The notes: generated from the letters alone by a model not told the origin. Shown: positions 17,040-26,899, numbered from the stretch's first letter. The stretch is DNA of 27,066 bases from an uncultured Bacteroidales bacterium (GCA_946187365.1 CAMHRD010000001.1:1-27066), one strand, 5' to 3'. Program-made: numbers and translations.

Positions 17040-18143
17040 TTATACGTTAAATAGGAAGTGCATAATGTCACCATCCTGCACCACATACTCTTTTCCTTCT
17101 GTGGCCAGTTTGCCGGCAGCACGGCAGGCGCTTTCACTGCCGTAGTGAACAAAGTCATCAAACTTTATAACCTCTGCGCGTATGAAACCCTTCTCAAAGT
17201 CTGAGTGGATTACACCCGCTGCCTGAGGTGCCTTATCTCCCTTTTTGAAGGTCCAGGCGCGTACCTCCGGCTCTCCCTGGGTAAAGTAGGTCTGAAGTCC
17301 CAGCAGGCGGTATGCTCCCTGAACAAGACGCACAATGCCGCTCTCTTTAAGCCCCAACTCCTCCAGGAACATCTGACGGTCTTCATAACTCTCCATCTCC
17401 GCAATGTCTGACTCTATCTTGGCGGCCAGCACCAGAATCTCAGCCCCCTCATCTTTAACGGCCTCTTTAACTCTCTCCACGTAGGCATTTCCCATTGCGG
17501 CACTTGCCTCATCTACGTTGCAGACATACATAACCGGCTTAGCCGTAAGAAGGAAGAGGCTCTTTGCAAGCTTTATATCTTCCTTATTATCAAAGGTTAC
17601 GCTGCGTGCATTCTCTCCTCTCTCCAGAACCTCCTTATACTTTTCCAGCACGGCGCAGAGTTTCTGTGCCTCCTTGTCCCCTCCGGTCTTTGCCTGTTTT
17701 GAGACCTTAGCCAGTCTATTCTCGACAGTTTCTAAATCCTTTAACTGTAATTCGGTATCTATCACCTCTTTATCTCTTACCGGATCTACGCTGCCATCTA
17801 CATGTGCAATGTTGGGATCATCAAAACAACGCAGCACGTGCAAAATAGCATCTGTCTCCCTGATATTTGCAAGGAACTGGTTTCCAAGACCTTCTCCCTT
17901 GCTAGCACCCTTTACCAGACCGGCAATATCTACAATCTCCACCGTAGCGGCCACCACATTGCGCGGATGAACCATCTCCACCAGTTTCTCCAACCTTTTA
18001 TCCGGTACTGCAGTGGAACCTATCTGCGGATTGATTGTGCAAAACGGAAAATTTGCAGCCTCCGCCTTTGCGGAGCTGATACAATTGAACAGAGTGCTCT
18101 TACCAACATTTGGAAGTCCTACTATACCGCACTTTACAGACAT
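17040..18143 (-). CDS. ychF: Ribosome-binding ATPase YchF
   Basis: Minus strand (track strand is wrong). 'GIVGLPNVGKSTLF', 'NFPFCTI', 'VDIAGLVKGASKGEGLGNQFL', 'HVLRCF', TGS domain, C-terminal 'GKEYVVQDGDIMHFLFNV'. Confidence 0.97.
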   Translation of the reverse strand: MSVKCGIVGLPNVGKSTLFNCISSAKAEAANFPFCTINPQIGSTAVPDKRLEKLVEMVHPRNVVAATVEIVDIAGLVKGASKGEGLGNQFLANIRETDAILHVLRCFDDPNIAHVDGSVDPVRDKEVIDTELQLKDLETVENRLAKVSKQAKTGGDKEAQKLCAVLEKYKEVLERGENARSVTFDNKEDIKLAKSLFLLTAKPVMYVCNVDEASAAMGNAYVERVKEAVKDEGAEILVLAAKIESDIAEMESYEDRQMFLEELGLKESGIVRLVQGAYRLLGLQTYFTQGEPEVRAWTFKKGDKAPQAAGVIHSDFEKGFIRAEVIKFDDFVHYGSESACRAAGKLATEGKEYVVQDGDIMHFLFNV

Positions 18144-18178
18144 ATCTTTTCTCTCTTTTTATTCGTTTAACAAGGCTG

Positions 18179-18186
18179 CAAATTTA
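18179..18186 (-). promoter_or_regulatory. -7 promoter element (TAAATTTG) for ychF
   Basis: Minus-strand TAnnTTTG match 35 nt upstream of the ATG. A second match lies at 18218-18225. Confidence 0.5.
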
Positions 18187-18257
18187 ACAAAAAGAAAGTT
18201 GGATTTTGCATAAAGGTCAAATATACTCTATGGCATCCGCCCGTATTAAAATGACTT

Positions 18258-18265
18258 TATATTTG
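18258..18265 (+). promoter_or_regulatory. -7 promoter element (TATATTTG) for the EEP nuclease gene
   Basis: TAnnTTTG match 4 nt upstream of the ATG. Confidence 0.55.
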
Positions 18266-18269
18266 GAGC

Positions 18270-19124
18270 ATGAAGAACTTAAAGGAATATCTCTTACTGC
18301 TGCTTATGTTCTGGAACCTGGAGAACTTTTACCTAGATTCCCGCCGCTTTGTAAGCAAAAGAGACCTCATTGTTAAAACCGTTATGGCGGTAAAGGACAG
18401 AGAGGGGGAGTTTCCCGCCCTCATTGGGCTCTGTGAAACGGACAGTTATCTTGCTACCCGCATGCTGGTTAACAACACTCCGCTGGAGCGGTTAGGCTAT
18501 AAGATTATCCACAAAGATTCTCCGGATAAAAGAGGGATAGATGTGGCGCTTTTGTATCGCGATGAATTTTTTAACCTGCTGAGTGCCCGCTTTTTAAGGG
18601 TGACCTCTTTTAAAACCAGAGATATTCTGTATGCAAAAGGAACGGTTGGAGTTGATACCCTGCATATCTTTGTAAACCACTGGCCCTCAAAGCTTGGGGG
18701 AGAGAAGAGCTCCTCTTCAAAGAGGATGGAGGTAGCTGCTCTTTTAAAGAGCGTTACAGATTCCATAAAGAGTACAAACCTTTCAGCCTTAATAATCGCG
18801 ATGGGGGATTTTAATGACGCTCCCTCTTCAGAGGCGGTAAAAAGCCTGGAGCTCAATAACCTGTCGGGAAAACTGAAAGACTCTTTAAATGCCTCTCATT
18901 CAGAGATAAAGGGCTCTCATAAATTCAGAGGCAGGTGGGAAATGCTGGATCAATTTTTAGTGAGTGACTCCGTAAGGGGCTCTGCCTCCCTCTTTTATAT
19001 GCCGCACCTTCTGACGGAGGATAAAAAGTATTACGGTGTTAAGACCAGAAGAACTTTTGTTGGGCCCCGCTTTATTGGGGGTGCAAGTGACCACCTGCCA
19101 ATTTTGTTACGAATAAAATTGTAA
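18270..19124 (+). CDS. Endonuclease/exonuclease/phosphatase (EEP, DNase I-like) family protein
   Basis: 'WNLENF', 'GLCE', '[11 protein letters not shown]', 'VNHWPS', 'MGDFND', 'LDQFLVS', 'SDHLPI'. Confidence 0.9.
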   Translation: MKNLKEYLLLLLMFWNLENFYLDSRRFVSKRDLIVKTVMAVKDREGEFPALIGLCETDSYLATRMLVNNTPLERLGYKIIHKDSPDKRGIDVALLYRDEFFNLLSARFLRVTSFKTRDILYAKGTVGVDTLHIFVNHWPSKLGGEKSSSSKRMEVAALLKSVTDSIKSTNLSALIIAMGDFNDAPSSEAVKSLELNNLSGKLKDSLNASHSEIKGSHKFRGRWEMLDQFLVSDSVRGSASLFYMPHLLTEDKKYYGVKTRRTFVGPRFIGGASDHLPILLRIKL

Positions 19125-19129
19125 ATTTG
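19122..19129 (+). promoter_or_regulatory. -7 promoter element (TAAATTTG) for thyA, overlapping the EEP stop codon
   Basis: The EEP TAA stop (19122-19124) supplies the TA. 5 nt upstream of the thyA ATG. Confidence 0.55.
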
Positions 19130-19134
19130 TCTCC

Positions 19135-19929
19135 ATGAAACAGTATTTAGATCTTCTAAAGAAAATAATGGATGAGGGTGTGGTTAAGCATGACCGCACC
19201 GGCGTGGGGACAAAGAGCATATTCGGCCATCAGATGAGGTTCAACCTCAATGATGGTTTCCCTCTTCTTACAACCAAGAAAGTGCACTTAAAATCAATAA
19301 TTTACGAGCTTCTGTGGTTTATTAACGGAGATACCAACATTAAGTATCTGAAGGAACACGGAGTGAGCATTTGGGATGAGTGGGCAGATGAAAACGGTGA
19401 GTTGGGGCCGGTTTACGGGGCGCAGTGGAGAAGGTGGAACTGCGGAGACGGACGCCATATAGATCAGCTTCAGAACGTGATGGATACGCTCAAAAACAAT
19501 CCGGATTCCCGCCGTATAATTATCTCCTCCTGGAACGTTGCGGAAATTGAGAAGATGGCGCTTCCTCCTTGCCACTCTCTCTTTCAATTTTACGTTGCGG
19601 ATAACCGCCTCTCCTGCCAGCTTTACCAGAGAAGTGCAGATACTTTTTTAGGTGTTCCTTTCAATATTGCATCTTACGCTCTGCTTACTATGATGATTGC
19701 AAAGGTGTGCGGTTTTGCCCTTGGAGATTTTGTTCACACTACCGGAGATACTCATATCTATCTTAATCATTTTGAGCAGGTTAAAGAGCAGCTGAGCAGG
19801 ACGCCGAGAGCGCTTCCTAAGATGTTGATTAAGGGTGAGCAGAAAGATATTTTCTCCTTTAAGTATGAAGATTTTGAACTTGTTGGATATGACCCGTATC
19901 CGGCAATAAAGGCTCCGGTTGCTGTTTAA
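19135..19929 (+). CDS. thyA: Thymidylate synthase
   Basis: 'HDRTGVGT', 'ELLWF', '[10 protein letters not shown]', 'NPDSRR', catalytic 'LPPCH', '[14 protein letters not shown]', 'HIYLNH'. Confidence 0.98.
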   Translation: MKQYLDLLKKIMDEGVVKHDRTGVGTKSIFGHQMRFNLNDGFPLLTTKKVHLKSIIYELLWFINGDTNIKYLKEHGVSIWDEWADENGELGPVYGAQWRRWNCGDGRHIDQLQNVMDTLKNNPDSRRIIISSWNVAEIEKMALPPCHSLFQFYVADNRLSCQLYQRSADTFLGVPFNIASYALLTMMIAKVCGFALGDFVHTTGDTHIYLNHFEQVKEQLSRTPRALPKMLIKGEQKDIFSFKYEDFELVGYDPYPAIKAPVAV

Positions 19930-19940
19930 AAGTTTGCATT

Positions 19941-20429
19941 ATGATTTCACTGATTGCTGCGGTTGCAGAGAATGGTGCCATTGGAAGAGGTAATGAGCTT
20001 CTTTGGCATATAAAAGAGGATCTTGCTTATTTTAAGCAGGTTACTATGTCTCACCCGGTAATTATGGGACGTAAGACTTTTGACTCCATTGGCAGGGCAC
20101 TTCCAGGAAGACGCAACATTGTGGTTTCACGTTCAAAGTTATCAAATACAACTATTGAACAGGCAGAAGATTTAACGGCTCTGCTTACGGAGGTTAAGAG
20201 AAAGCGGACGGAGTTTTTTGTTATAGGCGGAGGCTCCCTTTACAAAGCTGCAATGCCTTTTGCAAAACGTCTATACATCACAAAGATTTTTGCTGAGGCA
20301 AAAGATGCAGATACATTCTTTCCAGCAATCGAGAGTAACGAGTGGAAAGAAACCTTCTCTTCTAAAGTGCTGACAGATAAAGAAAACAATATAAAATTCC
20401 AATTTGTCATTTATGAGAGAAAGGGCTAA
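19941..20429 (+). CDS. folA: Dihydrofolate reductase
   Basis: 'ISLIAAVAENGAIG', 'LLWHIKEDLAYFK', 'IMGRKTFDSIGRALPGRRNIVVS', 'VIGGGSLY', 'DTFFP'. Confidence 0.95.
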   Translation: MISLIAAVAENGAIGRGNELLWHIKEDLAYFKQVTMSHPVIMGRKTFDSIGRALPGRRNIVVSRSKLSNTTIEQAEDLTALLTEVKRKRTEFFVIGGGSLYKAAMPFAKRLYITKIFAEAKDADTFFPAIESNEWKETFSSKVLTDKENNIKFQFVIYERKG

Positions 20430-21729
20430 ATTCAAGAGCTCGCTGGGTATGCTGCTGGCACTGGTGGGCTCCGCAATCGGCTTGGGCAATCTCTGGAGAT
20501 TCCCATACGTTGTTGGTAACAATGGTGGTGCCGCTTTCATTATTATCTACCTTATTGTGGTGGCTTTAATCTGCCTTCCTGTAATGGTTGCAGAGTTTGT
20601 GATTGGACGCCGTGCAAGAAGCAACGCCTACTCCGCATACGACAAATTTGCTCCAAAAACCAAGTGGAAATATGTTGGTCTGCTGGGAGTTATAACCGCC
20701 TTAATCATAGACTCCTTCTATTGCGTTGTTGGTGGTTGGACTGTAAGTTATCTCTTCCACTCACTCTGTTTGGATGTTACTACAACTACAACCGGAGAGA
20801 GTGCCTCAATGTTCTCCGCGCTCTCTTCAGACACATCTTCTAACCTTATCTATATGCTTATATTCCTGGGACTTACCTGCGGCGTGGTAATGCTGGGTGT
20901 GCAGAAGGGAATTGAGCGCAGCTGCAAGTATCTGATTACCATTCTTGCAGTTCTGATTGTGGCAATAATGATTAACTCTCTTACCCTTGAGGGTTCTTCA
21001 GAGGGGTTGAAATTTCTCTTTAAACCGGACTTTTCAAAGGTAACATTCAAGACTGTTCTATATGCAATGGGGCAGGGATTCTTCTCACTCTCACTGGGTT
21101 GCTGCTGTGTCCTTACATACGCTTCCTATGCTCCACATAAAGACAACCTTCTTAAGACCACATCTCTTACCGTAACCTCAGATGTTCTCTTTGCTCTTAT
21201 TGCGGGAGCCGCCATACTTCCTGCAGTATTTGCTTTTGGAATTTCACCTACAGAGGGTGCCGGCCTGGCCTTCATAACACTGCCTGAGGTCTTTGGGCAA
21301 ATGGCTATGGGTAAGGTAATTGCAATCTTCTTCTACTTTGTACTCTTTGCCGCTGCAATCTCTTCATCCATTTCACTTTTGGAGATAGTTGTGGCTTACA
21401 TAATGGAGATTTTCTCCTTCAAACGAGTTAAGGCAGTTGTGATTTCCTCAGTAATTATGATTGCACTCGGAATCTGCTGCGCCGTTTGGGGTAGCATTTT
21501 CAACCTGTTTGACTACATATCTGCCAACATACTTATGACAACGGGAGGATTCCTTGTTGCACTCTTTGTAGGATGGAAGATTACCCGCAAAGATTTTGAA
21601 GATGAGATAACCAGTTCCGGCATGCACAAGGTTCCTAAATGGCTCCTTGTAACTCTCCGTTTCTTAATAAGATACGTGGCTCCTATAGGCGTTGCCGCCG
21701 TTATGATTAGTAGTCTCGCCGGCCTTTAA
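20413..21729 (+). CDS. Sodium-dependent transporter, NSS/SNF family
   Basis: 'GSAIGLGNLWRFPY', 'NGGAAF', 'GIERSCK', 'GQGFFSLSLG', 'GAGLAFITLP', 'SSISLLE'. ATG at 20413 overlaps the folA end by 17 nt (track starts at TTG 20404). Confidence 0.93.
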   Translation: MRERAKFKSSLGMLLALVGSAIGLGNLWRFPYVVGNNGGAAFIIIYLIVVALICLPVMVAEFVIGRRARSNAYSAYDKFAPKTKWKYVGLLGVITALIIDSFYCVVGGWTVSYLFHSLCLDVTTTTTGESASMFSALSSDTSSNLIYMLIFLGLTCGVVMLGVQKGIERSCKYLITILAVLIVAIMINSLTLEGSSEGLKFLFKPDFSKVTFKTVLYAMGQGFFSLSLGCCCVLTYASYAPHKDNLLKTTSLTVTSDVLFALIAGAAILPAVFAFGISPTEGAGLAFITLPEVFGQMAMGKVIAIFFYFVLFAAAISSSISLLEIVVAYIMEIFSFKRVKAVVISSVIMIALGICCAVWGSIFNLFDYISANILMTTGGFLVALFVGWKITRKDFEDEITSSGMHKVPKWLLVTLRFLIRYVAPIGVAAVMISSLAGL

Positions 21730-24245
21730 TCTATCTTTGCAGGCTCTTTCTTTTTGAAAGAAAGGACTATTGCTGCTGCTATTAGGATTAGCAGAAGCAG
21801 GGATGCGTAGAGTGAGTAACTCTCTCCTTTTATGAAGCTCTTTGGTTGGAAGGTGAAGGTGATATCTCCCTCTCCTGCAGGAACTATTGCTCCTCTTAAA
21901 ACCCAGTTAGCCTGGAAGATATCCAACTCGCTCTCTTTGCCCTCTGCCTCTTTTACAACAGCCTTCCACCCAGGATAGTAAACCTCACTGAAGAGTGCAA
22001 CACTTGGTTTTGATGTTGAGTAATGGTATACAAGTTTATTAGGGGCATAGCTAGTGAGGCTTATCATTCTGACATCTCCGCTGTCTGCTTCAAAGCCTTT
22101 TAGAGCGCTTTCAAATTTTTTATTGACAATTGCAGTGGTCCGCGGATTTATATCACCAAGTTTTTCAATCTCTTCATTGGCGTTATCTACAAGTGCAACA
22201 CTGTCTGCAAACCAGCAATTGCCTAAAGCGTAGGAGTTTACAATTGGTGCGCTCTCTCCGTTTACAATGATGTAACGGGTGTTGAGCATACTTAAAACAG
22301 GATGGAATGTAATTGCAGAGGCTGCCTCATCCAATGTTGTTACTCCCTGCAGTTCAGAGCCCATCTGTGCTATCTCTTTTCTGATGTAACGGTCAATCAA
22401 ATCCTGGTAACGCTGCAGTTTTGCAGGTGAGTAACCGCCAATGGTTTTATGGTGGTAAGAGATGTATGCATTGTTGAAAGGATCTACCGTAAGATCTAAA
22501 ACTCTGTAGTTTGGATCCCTGTCAGATTCCTTAAGGAATGTATCTACCGGGCGGGCGTTGAGAACGCTTGTAAACTCCTGCTGCGTAACAAAATGTGAAG
22601 AGTTCAGGTAACGTTTGTCTGCACTCCATAGATCTATTCCAACAAGCAGAATAAGTGCTGCAGTTGCATAGCAAACCTTCATCTTCTTGTTGAAAGAGAG
22701 CCATATTACAAGTGTTGCAAGAAGTATGAAACAGAGAGAACGGAAGGCGTCCGCTCTTAGAAGTGCCGCCCTGTCTTGAGTAAGTGTTGCAACAAGTTCC
22801 TTTGGAAGCTGAGCATCCGCTCCGCCAGAGAAGTTGCCAGCAAGTGACGGTACCAGGCAGAAAATCAGGGAGAAACCTCCTGTTATACCCAATGCCCAAA
22901 GCAGAGATTTTTTAGCCCTTGCCTTATCTAAAGAGTAAAACTTATCCAACGCCAATATGGCAAGTATAGGAACCGTTACCTGCAAAATCACAAGAATCAT
23001 AGAGACGGTTCTGAACTTGTTGTACAGCAGCATATAGTTGAAAAATAGGCGTGTAGGAGCCATAAAGTGATAGCCCCAGGAGAGCACAACAGCAAGCAGA
23101 GATACCAATACTATCCACCATTTAACTCCGCCTCTAACAACAAAAAGTCCTAGTACAAAGAGGAATATGCAGATTGCTCCAAGATACATAGGACCAGCGG
23201 TAAATGCCTGCGGTCCCCAGTAGAGCGGCATCTGTGATACAACTTTCTCCGCCTCGTAAGCGGGATAGTTGTACTGCTCCGTAAGCATCTTGTAGGTTGC
23301 AGAAGATGAAGAGAGCTTACCTGCAGAGGCTCCTCCGTTAAAGTTAGGAATCAGAAGGTTAGGAGTCTCCTCCACACCGTATGACCACTGGGTTGCATAC
23401 TCCAGATCCAATCCTGAACGGCTCTTTTCTCCCGTTGTTGCAGCACTGTTATCCGTAAGTTCCGTTCCGCCTCTCATGGTGTACTTACCGTACTCGTAAG
23501 TTGGCCAGAGGTGGTTGATGTTTGCAGCAACACCTAAAAGACCTGCAACCAGTGCAACCAGAGATATCTTAAAGAATTTGCCAAAGCATTTTTCCTTAAT
23601 TGCTTTTATGAATTGCCAGATTACAAAACCAACAACTATAATTGCCAGGTAGTAAGTGATTTGCGGATGGTTGGCCTTAACCTGAAAACTGAGTGCAAGA
23701 CCAAAGAGCGCAGCACCCAAATATGAACTTTTGCGGTAAGCATACACCAGTGCCGCAATAACCCACGGCATAAAGGCAATGGCCATCATCTTGGTGTTGT
23801 GACCAACCTGAATTATCTGCATGTTGTACGAACAGAAGGCAACAGCAATTGCTCCCAATATTGCAAGATAGATATTCACACCAAATGCAAGGAACATTAA
23901 AAAGGCTCCTATCATGCAGACTATCAGATAACTGGCAGGGCGCTGTCCTATAAAGAGAATATCATAAAGATACTTTGTGAAATCTCCGTGATACTTAACG
24001 GAGATGGTAGTTGCCGGCATTCCGGAGAACATGGAGTTAGTCCAGTAGGTTGGATCATCCGGGTGGGCGTCATTCCAATCTACAATCTCATGGCTCATTC
24101 CCTTCCAACTGGATATATCTGACTGATTTACAACCTTTCCGCTCAGTGTATAAGGCGCATACGCATACCCAATTACTATAAATCCTACAATTGCAAGTAC
24201 ATACGGAATCAACTTCCTAAAAACATTGCTTTTCCTTTCCTCCAT
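21726..24245 (-). CDS. YfhO-family polytopic membrane protein (putative GT-C glycosyltransferase)
   Basis: Minus strand (track strand is wrong). 'QSDISSWKGM', 'WTNSMFSGMP', 'NHPQITYY', 'PLYWGPQAFTAGPMYLG', 'GGYSPAKLQRYQDLI', 'LFSEVYYPGWKA', 'ANWVLRG'. Confidence 0.85.
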   Translation of the reverse strand: MEERKSNVFRKLIPYVLAIVGFIVIGYAYAPYTLSGKVVNQSDISSWKGMSHEIVDWNDAHPDDPTYWTNSMFSGMPATTISVKYHGDFTKYLYDILFIGQRPASYLIVCMIGAFLMFLAFGVNIYLAILGAIAVAFCSYNMQIIQVGHNTKMMAIAFMPWVIAALVYAYRKSSYLGAALFGLALSFQVKANHPQITYYLAIIVVGFVIWQFIKAIKEKCFGKFFKISLVALVAGLLGVAANINHLWPTYEYGKYTMRGGTELTDNSAATTGEKSRSGLDLEYATQWSYGVEETPNLLIPNFNGGASAGKLSSSSATYKMLTEQYNYPAYEAEKVVSQMPLYWGPQAFTAGPMYLGAICIFLFVLGLFVVRGGVKWWIVLVSLLAVVLSWGYHFMAPTRLFFNYMLLYNKFRTVSMILVILQVTVPILAILALDKFYSLDKARAKKSLLWALGITGGFSLIFCLVPSLAGNFSGGADAQLPKELVATLTQDRAALLRADAFRSLCFILLATLVIWLSFNKKMKVCYATAALILLVGIDLWSADKRYLNSSHFVTQQEFTSVLNARPVDTFLKESDRDPNYRVLDLTVDPFNNAYISYHHKTIGGYSPAKLQRYQDLIDRYIRKEIAQMGSELQGVTTLDEAASAITFHPVLSMLNTRYIIVNGESAPIVNSYALGNCWFADSVALVDNANEEIEKLGDINPRTTAIVNKKFESALKGFEADSGDVRMISLTSYAPNKLVYHYSTSKPSVALFSEVYYPGWKAVVKEAEGKESELDIFQANWVLRGAIVPAGEGDITFTFQPKSFIKGESYSLYASLLLLILIAAAIVLSFKKKEPAKID

Positions 24246-24261
24246 ATTCTTTCTTTTTCTA

Positions 24262-25599
24262 TTACTTACTTATTTCATCCAGCAGTTTTGCCAACTGCTC
24301 TGTTGTTTGCACGCGTGAAAATCTTTCAACGGCTTTGTTCTCTGTTGATGGCAAACAGCGCGCTGCAAAGTCACGCATAATGGATTCTATTGCTATGGCA
24401 TCATCAAATTCCGCCATCTTTCCTCGGCCGGTCTCTTTGAGTATTTTACCCAAATCTCCGTTTACCGGACCAAAGGCAAATATCTCTCCTTTGCAGGCAA
24501 TATATTCGTAAAATTTGCCCGTTAAAATTGCAGCGGACTCCTTCTCCTTTCTTAGCGGAAGCAGAAGAACGTTGGCCCTCATCTGCCATCCTATGCTCTC
24601 AAGATGAGGAACATATCCGTACTGAGTGTAATAACTCTCAAGTCCCGCAGCCTTTATCTCCTCAGCCACGCAACCATCTGTCTGGCCCATAGTTACAATC
24701 TTAAGCCGTGATGCAAAATCTGCATTCTCCTTTACCATCTTGCCAAGTACCGGCCATAGCAGATCCGGGTCTGCACTCTTTGGTAGAAGACCTGTGTGAA
24801 CAATCACAAACTTTCCTTCACACTCTCTGTCTATTCTCTCTTTTATCTTCTTTAGGACCGGACGTTTTTCCGTTGAAAAATCATCCGGATCAAAGCCGTT
24901 GGTAATAACCTCTACCTTTGGAGCAAACTCTGCATACTCTCCTGTTGAAAACTCCTCCTTCATCTTATCTGAGACTACTACAACTTTGGAGGCGTTATTC
25001 AGGATGCGCCTTTCCAGAGCCTGATGCTTCTTCAAAGAGGAGGCGCTCAGGCCAAGGTGTTTGAAGTAAAAAATCTTTGTCCACGGGTCCCTGAAGTCTG
25101 CCAGATGGGGGATATTGAACTTTTTGTGGAGAGCATCCGCAATCAGGTGCATAGAGTGAGGCGGTCCGGTGCTTACCACCGCATCAAACCTCTCCCCCTC
25201 TTTAATCAGCTTGGAAAGGAACCTTACAGAAGGCTTAATCCACCAGCAACGAGGGTCCGGAATGAACCAGTTTCCCCTAATATGCATGGAGAGTCTCTTA
25301 AGGAAACCGCCCCCTTCTGAGGAGATAATGTTGGCCTCAATCTTCTCTCCCTTCTTCTTTCCGGAGAGTATCTTATAGAACTTATAAGGCTCTGTAATTT
25401 TGCGCTTTATAACTTTTGTGTCCGCCCCTATATCCGCCATAAGGGAGTCGTCCGTGGAGTTGACGTCCGGGTTCAAAGGGGTATAAATTACAGGCTCCCA
25501 TCCGTATTGTGGGAGGTACTTTGAGGCCTTGAGCCACCTCTGCACTCCGCTGCCACCGGACGGTGGCCAATAATATGTGATAATCAGAACCCGCTTCAT
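24262..25599 (-). CDS. GT4 (GT-B fold) glycosyltransferase
   Basis: Minus strand (track strand is wrong). 'RVLIITYYWPPSGGSGVQRW', 'STGPPHSMH', 'ADFRDPW', 'ITNGFD', 'TGKFYEY'. Confidence 0.9.
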   Translation of the reverse strand: MKRVLIITYYWPPSGGSGVQRWLKASKYLPQYGWEPVIYTPLNPDVNSTDDSLMADIGADTKVIKRKITEPYKFYKILSGKKKGEKIEANIISSEGGGFLKRLSMHIRGNWFIPDPRCWWIKPSVRFLSKLIKEGERFDAVVSTGPPHSMHLIADALHKKFNIPHLADFRDPWTKIFYFKHLGLSASSLKKHQALERRILNNASKVVVVSDKMKEEFSTGEYAEFAPKVEVITNGFDPDDFSTEKRPVLKKIKERIDRECEGKFVIVHTGLLPKSADPDLLWPVLGKMVKENADFASRLKIVTMGQTDGCVAEEIKAAGLESYYTQYGYVPHLESIGWQMRANVLLLPLRKEKESAAILTGKFYEYIACKGEIFAFGPVNGDLGKILKETGRGKMAEFDDAIAIESIMRDFAARCLPSTENKAVERFSRVQTTEQLAKLLDEISK

Positions 25600-25602
25600 C
25601 TG

Positions 25603-26850
25603 CTATTTGTCCGCCTCGGTACCCTTAATCAAGTTTTGATAGAGGCAGTTTACAACGCGGTTATGAACCGCCATAAAGCCACGCTCACGCTTGCCTGAGC
25701 AGCCGTTGGTCATGGAGACAATACCAAAGGTTCTCTCCTTGTTCCAGAGCATAATGGTGTAGACTCCGTAAGCACCTCCGGTGTGGCCCACCATTGTCTT
25801 GCCTGGGATAATGTCTTTATTGTTCCAGAGAGCAAATCCGTAGTAAACAGGCTCGCCTCCCTCAAATCCCTCTTCAGTTCCGGTCTCTGTAAAGCGGCTC
25901 TGCATAAGGAGAGCGCTCTGGCTTCCCAGAACCTTTGCACCGTTGGCTGCGGTTCCAAGACCCATGTGCATCTGCATAACCTTTGCCAATCCAACAGGGT
26001 TGATCTTCATTCCGCCGGTAGGCGAGAAGATAGGAGTTGAGTAACCGAATTCATACTCTGCAATCTCCTTTGTTCTAGGAGCGTACGCCTCTTTCTGCTC
26101 TTCCCATTTGCCCTCATTATCTTTCTCATAGAGAGAGACAAACTTTGTAGAATCCAGACTTGCAACCCAGTAACCTGCGTAGTCAATACCTACAGGTTTA
26201 AGAACGTTGTTTACAACATACTGGTCAAAGCGGATCTTGCTAACTCTCTCAATGATAGTTCCCAGGGTGTTGTAACCCAGGTTGCAGTACTCGTACTGAG
26301 TACCCGGACGGTAATCGTTGTAAGACTTTGCAAAGTCTGCATTCTTCTCAGGATTAATAACATCCAGTTTAAAATATCCCCCTGCATCGTTCAGAGATGA
26401 GGTGTGGGAGAGCAGCATGTAAGGTGTAATCTTTACATCCGGGAACTTAGGATTTCTAACCTTAAAGCCAACAAGATCACTCACATCTGCATCCAAATCC
26501 AGAGCACCCTTTTCCACCAGCTGCATAATGGAAGTAGCGGTGAAAGATTTTGAGATGGAGGCAATGCGGAAGAGGTCATCCTCCTGCAGAGGAGTCTGGT
26601 TCTCAAGGTTTTTGTAACCCCAACTGTTTTTGTATACAATCTCGTCTCCCTTTACAACGGCAACGCCCAATCCAATGACGTCCAAATCTGCCATAATTTT
26701 CTCTATACCCTTATCTATGCCCTCTGTGTAGAGAACCTCTTCAACGGGCTGAGTATCTTTGTTTTCCTTAGCAGTGTTGCAGGAAACAAGAGCCGTAATT
26801 CCAATAGCCAAAGCTATGACGGCAACTGATGAATAAGTAGAAATTTTCAT
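25603..26850 (-). CDS. AmpC/beta-lactamase-fold serine hydrolase lipoprotein
   Basis: Minus strand (track strand is wrong). Lipobox LVS-C, SxxK 'SISK', YxN 'YCN', 'HTG', 'LLSHTSSL'. Confidence 0.9.
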   Translation of the reverse strand: MKISTYSSVAVIALAIGITALVSCNTAKENKDTQPVEEVLYTEGIDKGIEKIMADLDVIGLGVAVVKGDEIVYKNSWGYKNLENQTPLQEDDLFRIASISKSFTATSIMQLVEKGALDLDADVSDLVGFKVRNPKFPDVKITPYMLLSHTSSLNDAGGYFKLDVINPEKNADFAKSYNDYRPGTQYEYCNLGYNTLGTIIERVSKIRFDQYVVNNVLKPVGIDYAGYWVASLDSTKFVSLYEKDNEGKWEEQKEAYAPRTKEIAEYEFGYSTPIFSPTGGMKINPVGLAKVMQMHMGLGTAANGAKVLGSQSALLMQSRFTETGTEEGFEGGEPVYYGFALWNNKDIIPGKTMVGHTGGAYGVYTIMLWNKERTFGIVSMTNGCSGKRERGFMAVHNRVVNCLYQNLIKGTEADK

Positions 26851-26868
26851 ACAAATTGTGAATTTTTA

Positions 26869-26876
26869 CAAATATA
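26869..26876 (-). promoter_or_regulatory. -7 promoter element (TATATTTG) for the serine hydrolase-GT4-YfhO operon
   Basis: Minus-strand TAnnTTTG match 18 nt upstream of the ATG. Confidence 0.55.
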
Positions 26877-26891
26877 GGAAAAGATAAATGC

Positions 26892-26899
26892 TAATTTTG
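26892..26899 (+). promoter_or_regulatory. -7 promoter element (TAATTTTG) for mutS
   Basis: TAnnTTTG match 4 nt upstream of ATG 26904. Confidence 0.5.

Noticed and set aside
19929-19936. Separate folA promoter (AAAGTTTG)
   Set aside because: Lacks the TA of TAnnTTTG; folA is more simply co-transcribed with thyA.
20124-20139. parS-like string GGTTTCACGTTCAAAG inside folA
   Set aside because: Five mismatches to the palindromic parS consensus TGTTTCACGTGAAACA and not palindromic. No convincing parS was seen in the window.
14855-26850. ORF-track '+' labels for ppiD, ychF, YfhO, GT4 and the serine hydrolase
   Set aside because: Their start codons appear as CAT at the high coordinate (16963, 18143, 24245, 25599, 26850), and the proteins are read from the reverse complement. 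All five are minus-strand genes.
25603-26850. Calling the serine hydrolase an antibiotic-resistance beta-lactamase
   Set aside because: SxxK/YxN/HTG motifs are shared across the whole AmpC/esterase/carboxypeptidase family. The core-genome context and lipoprotein signal give no support for a resistance role.
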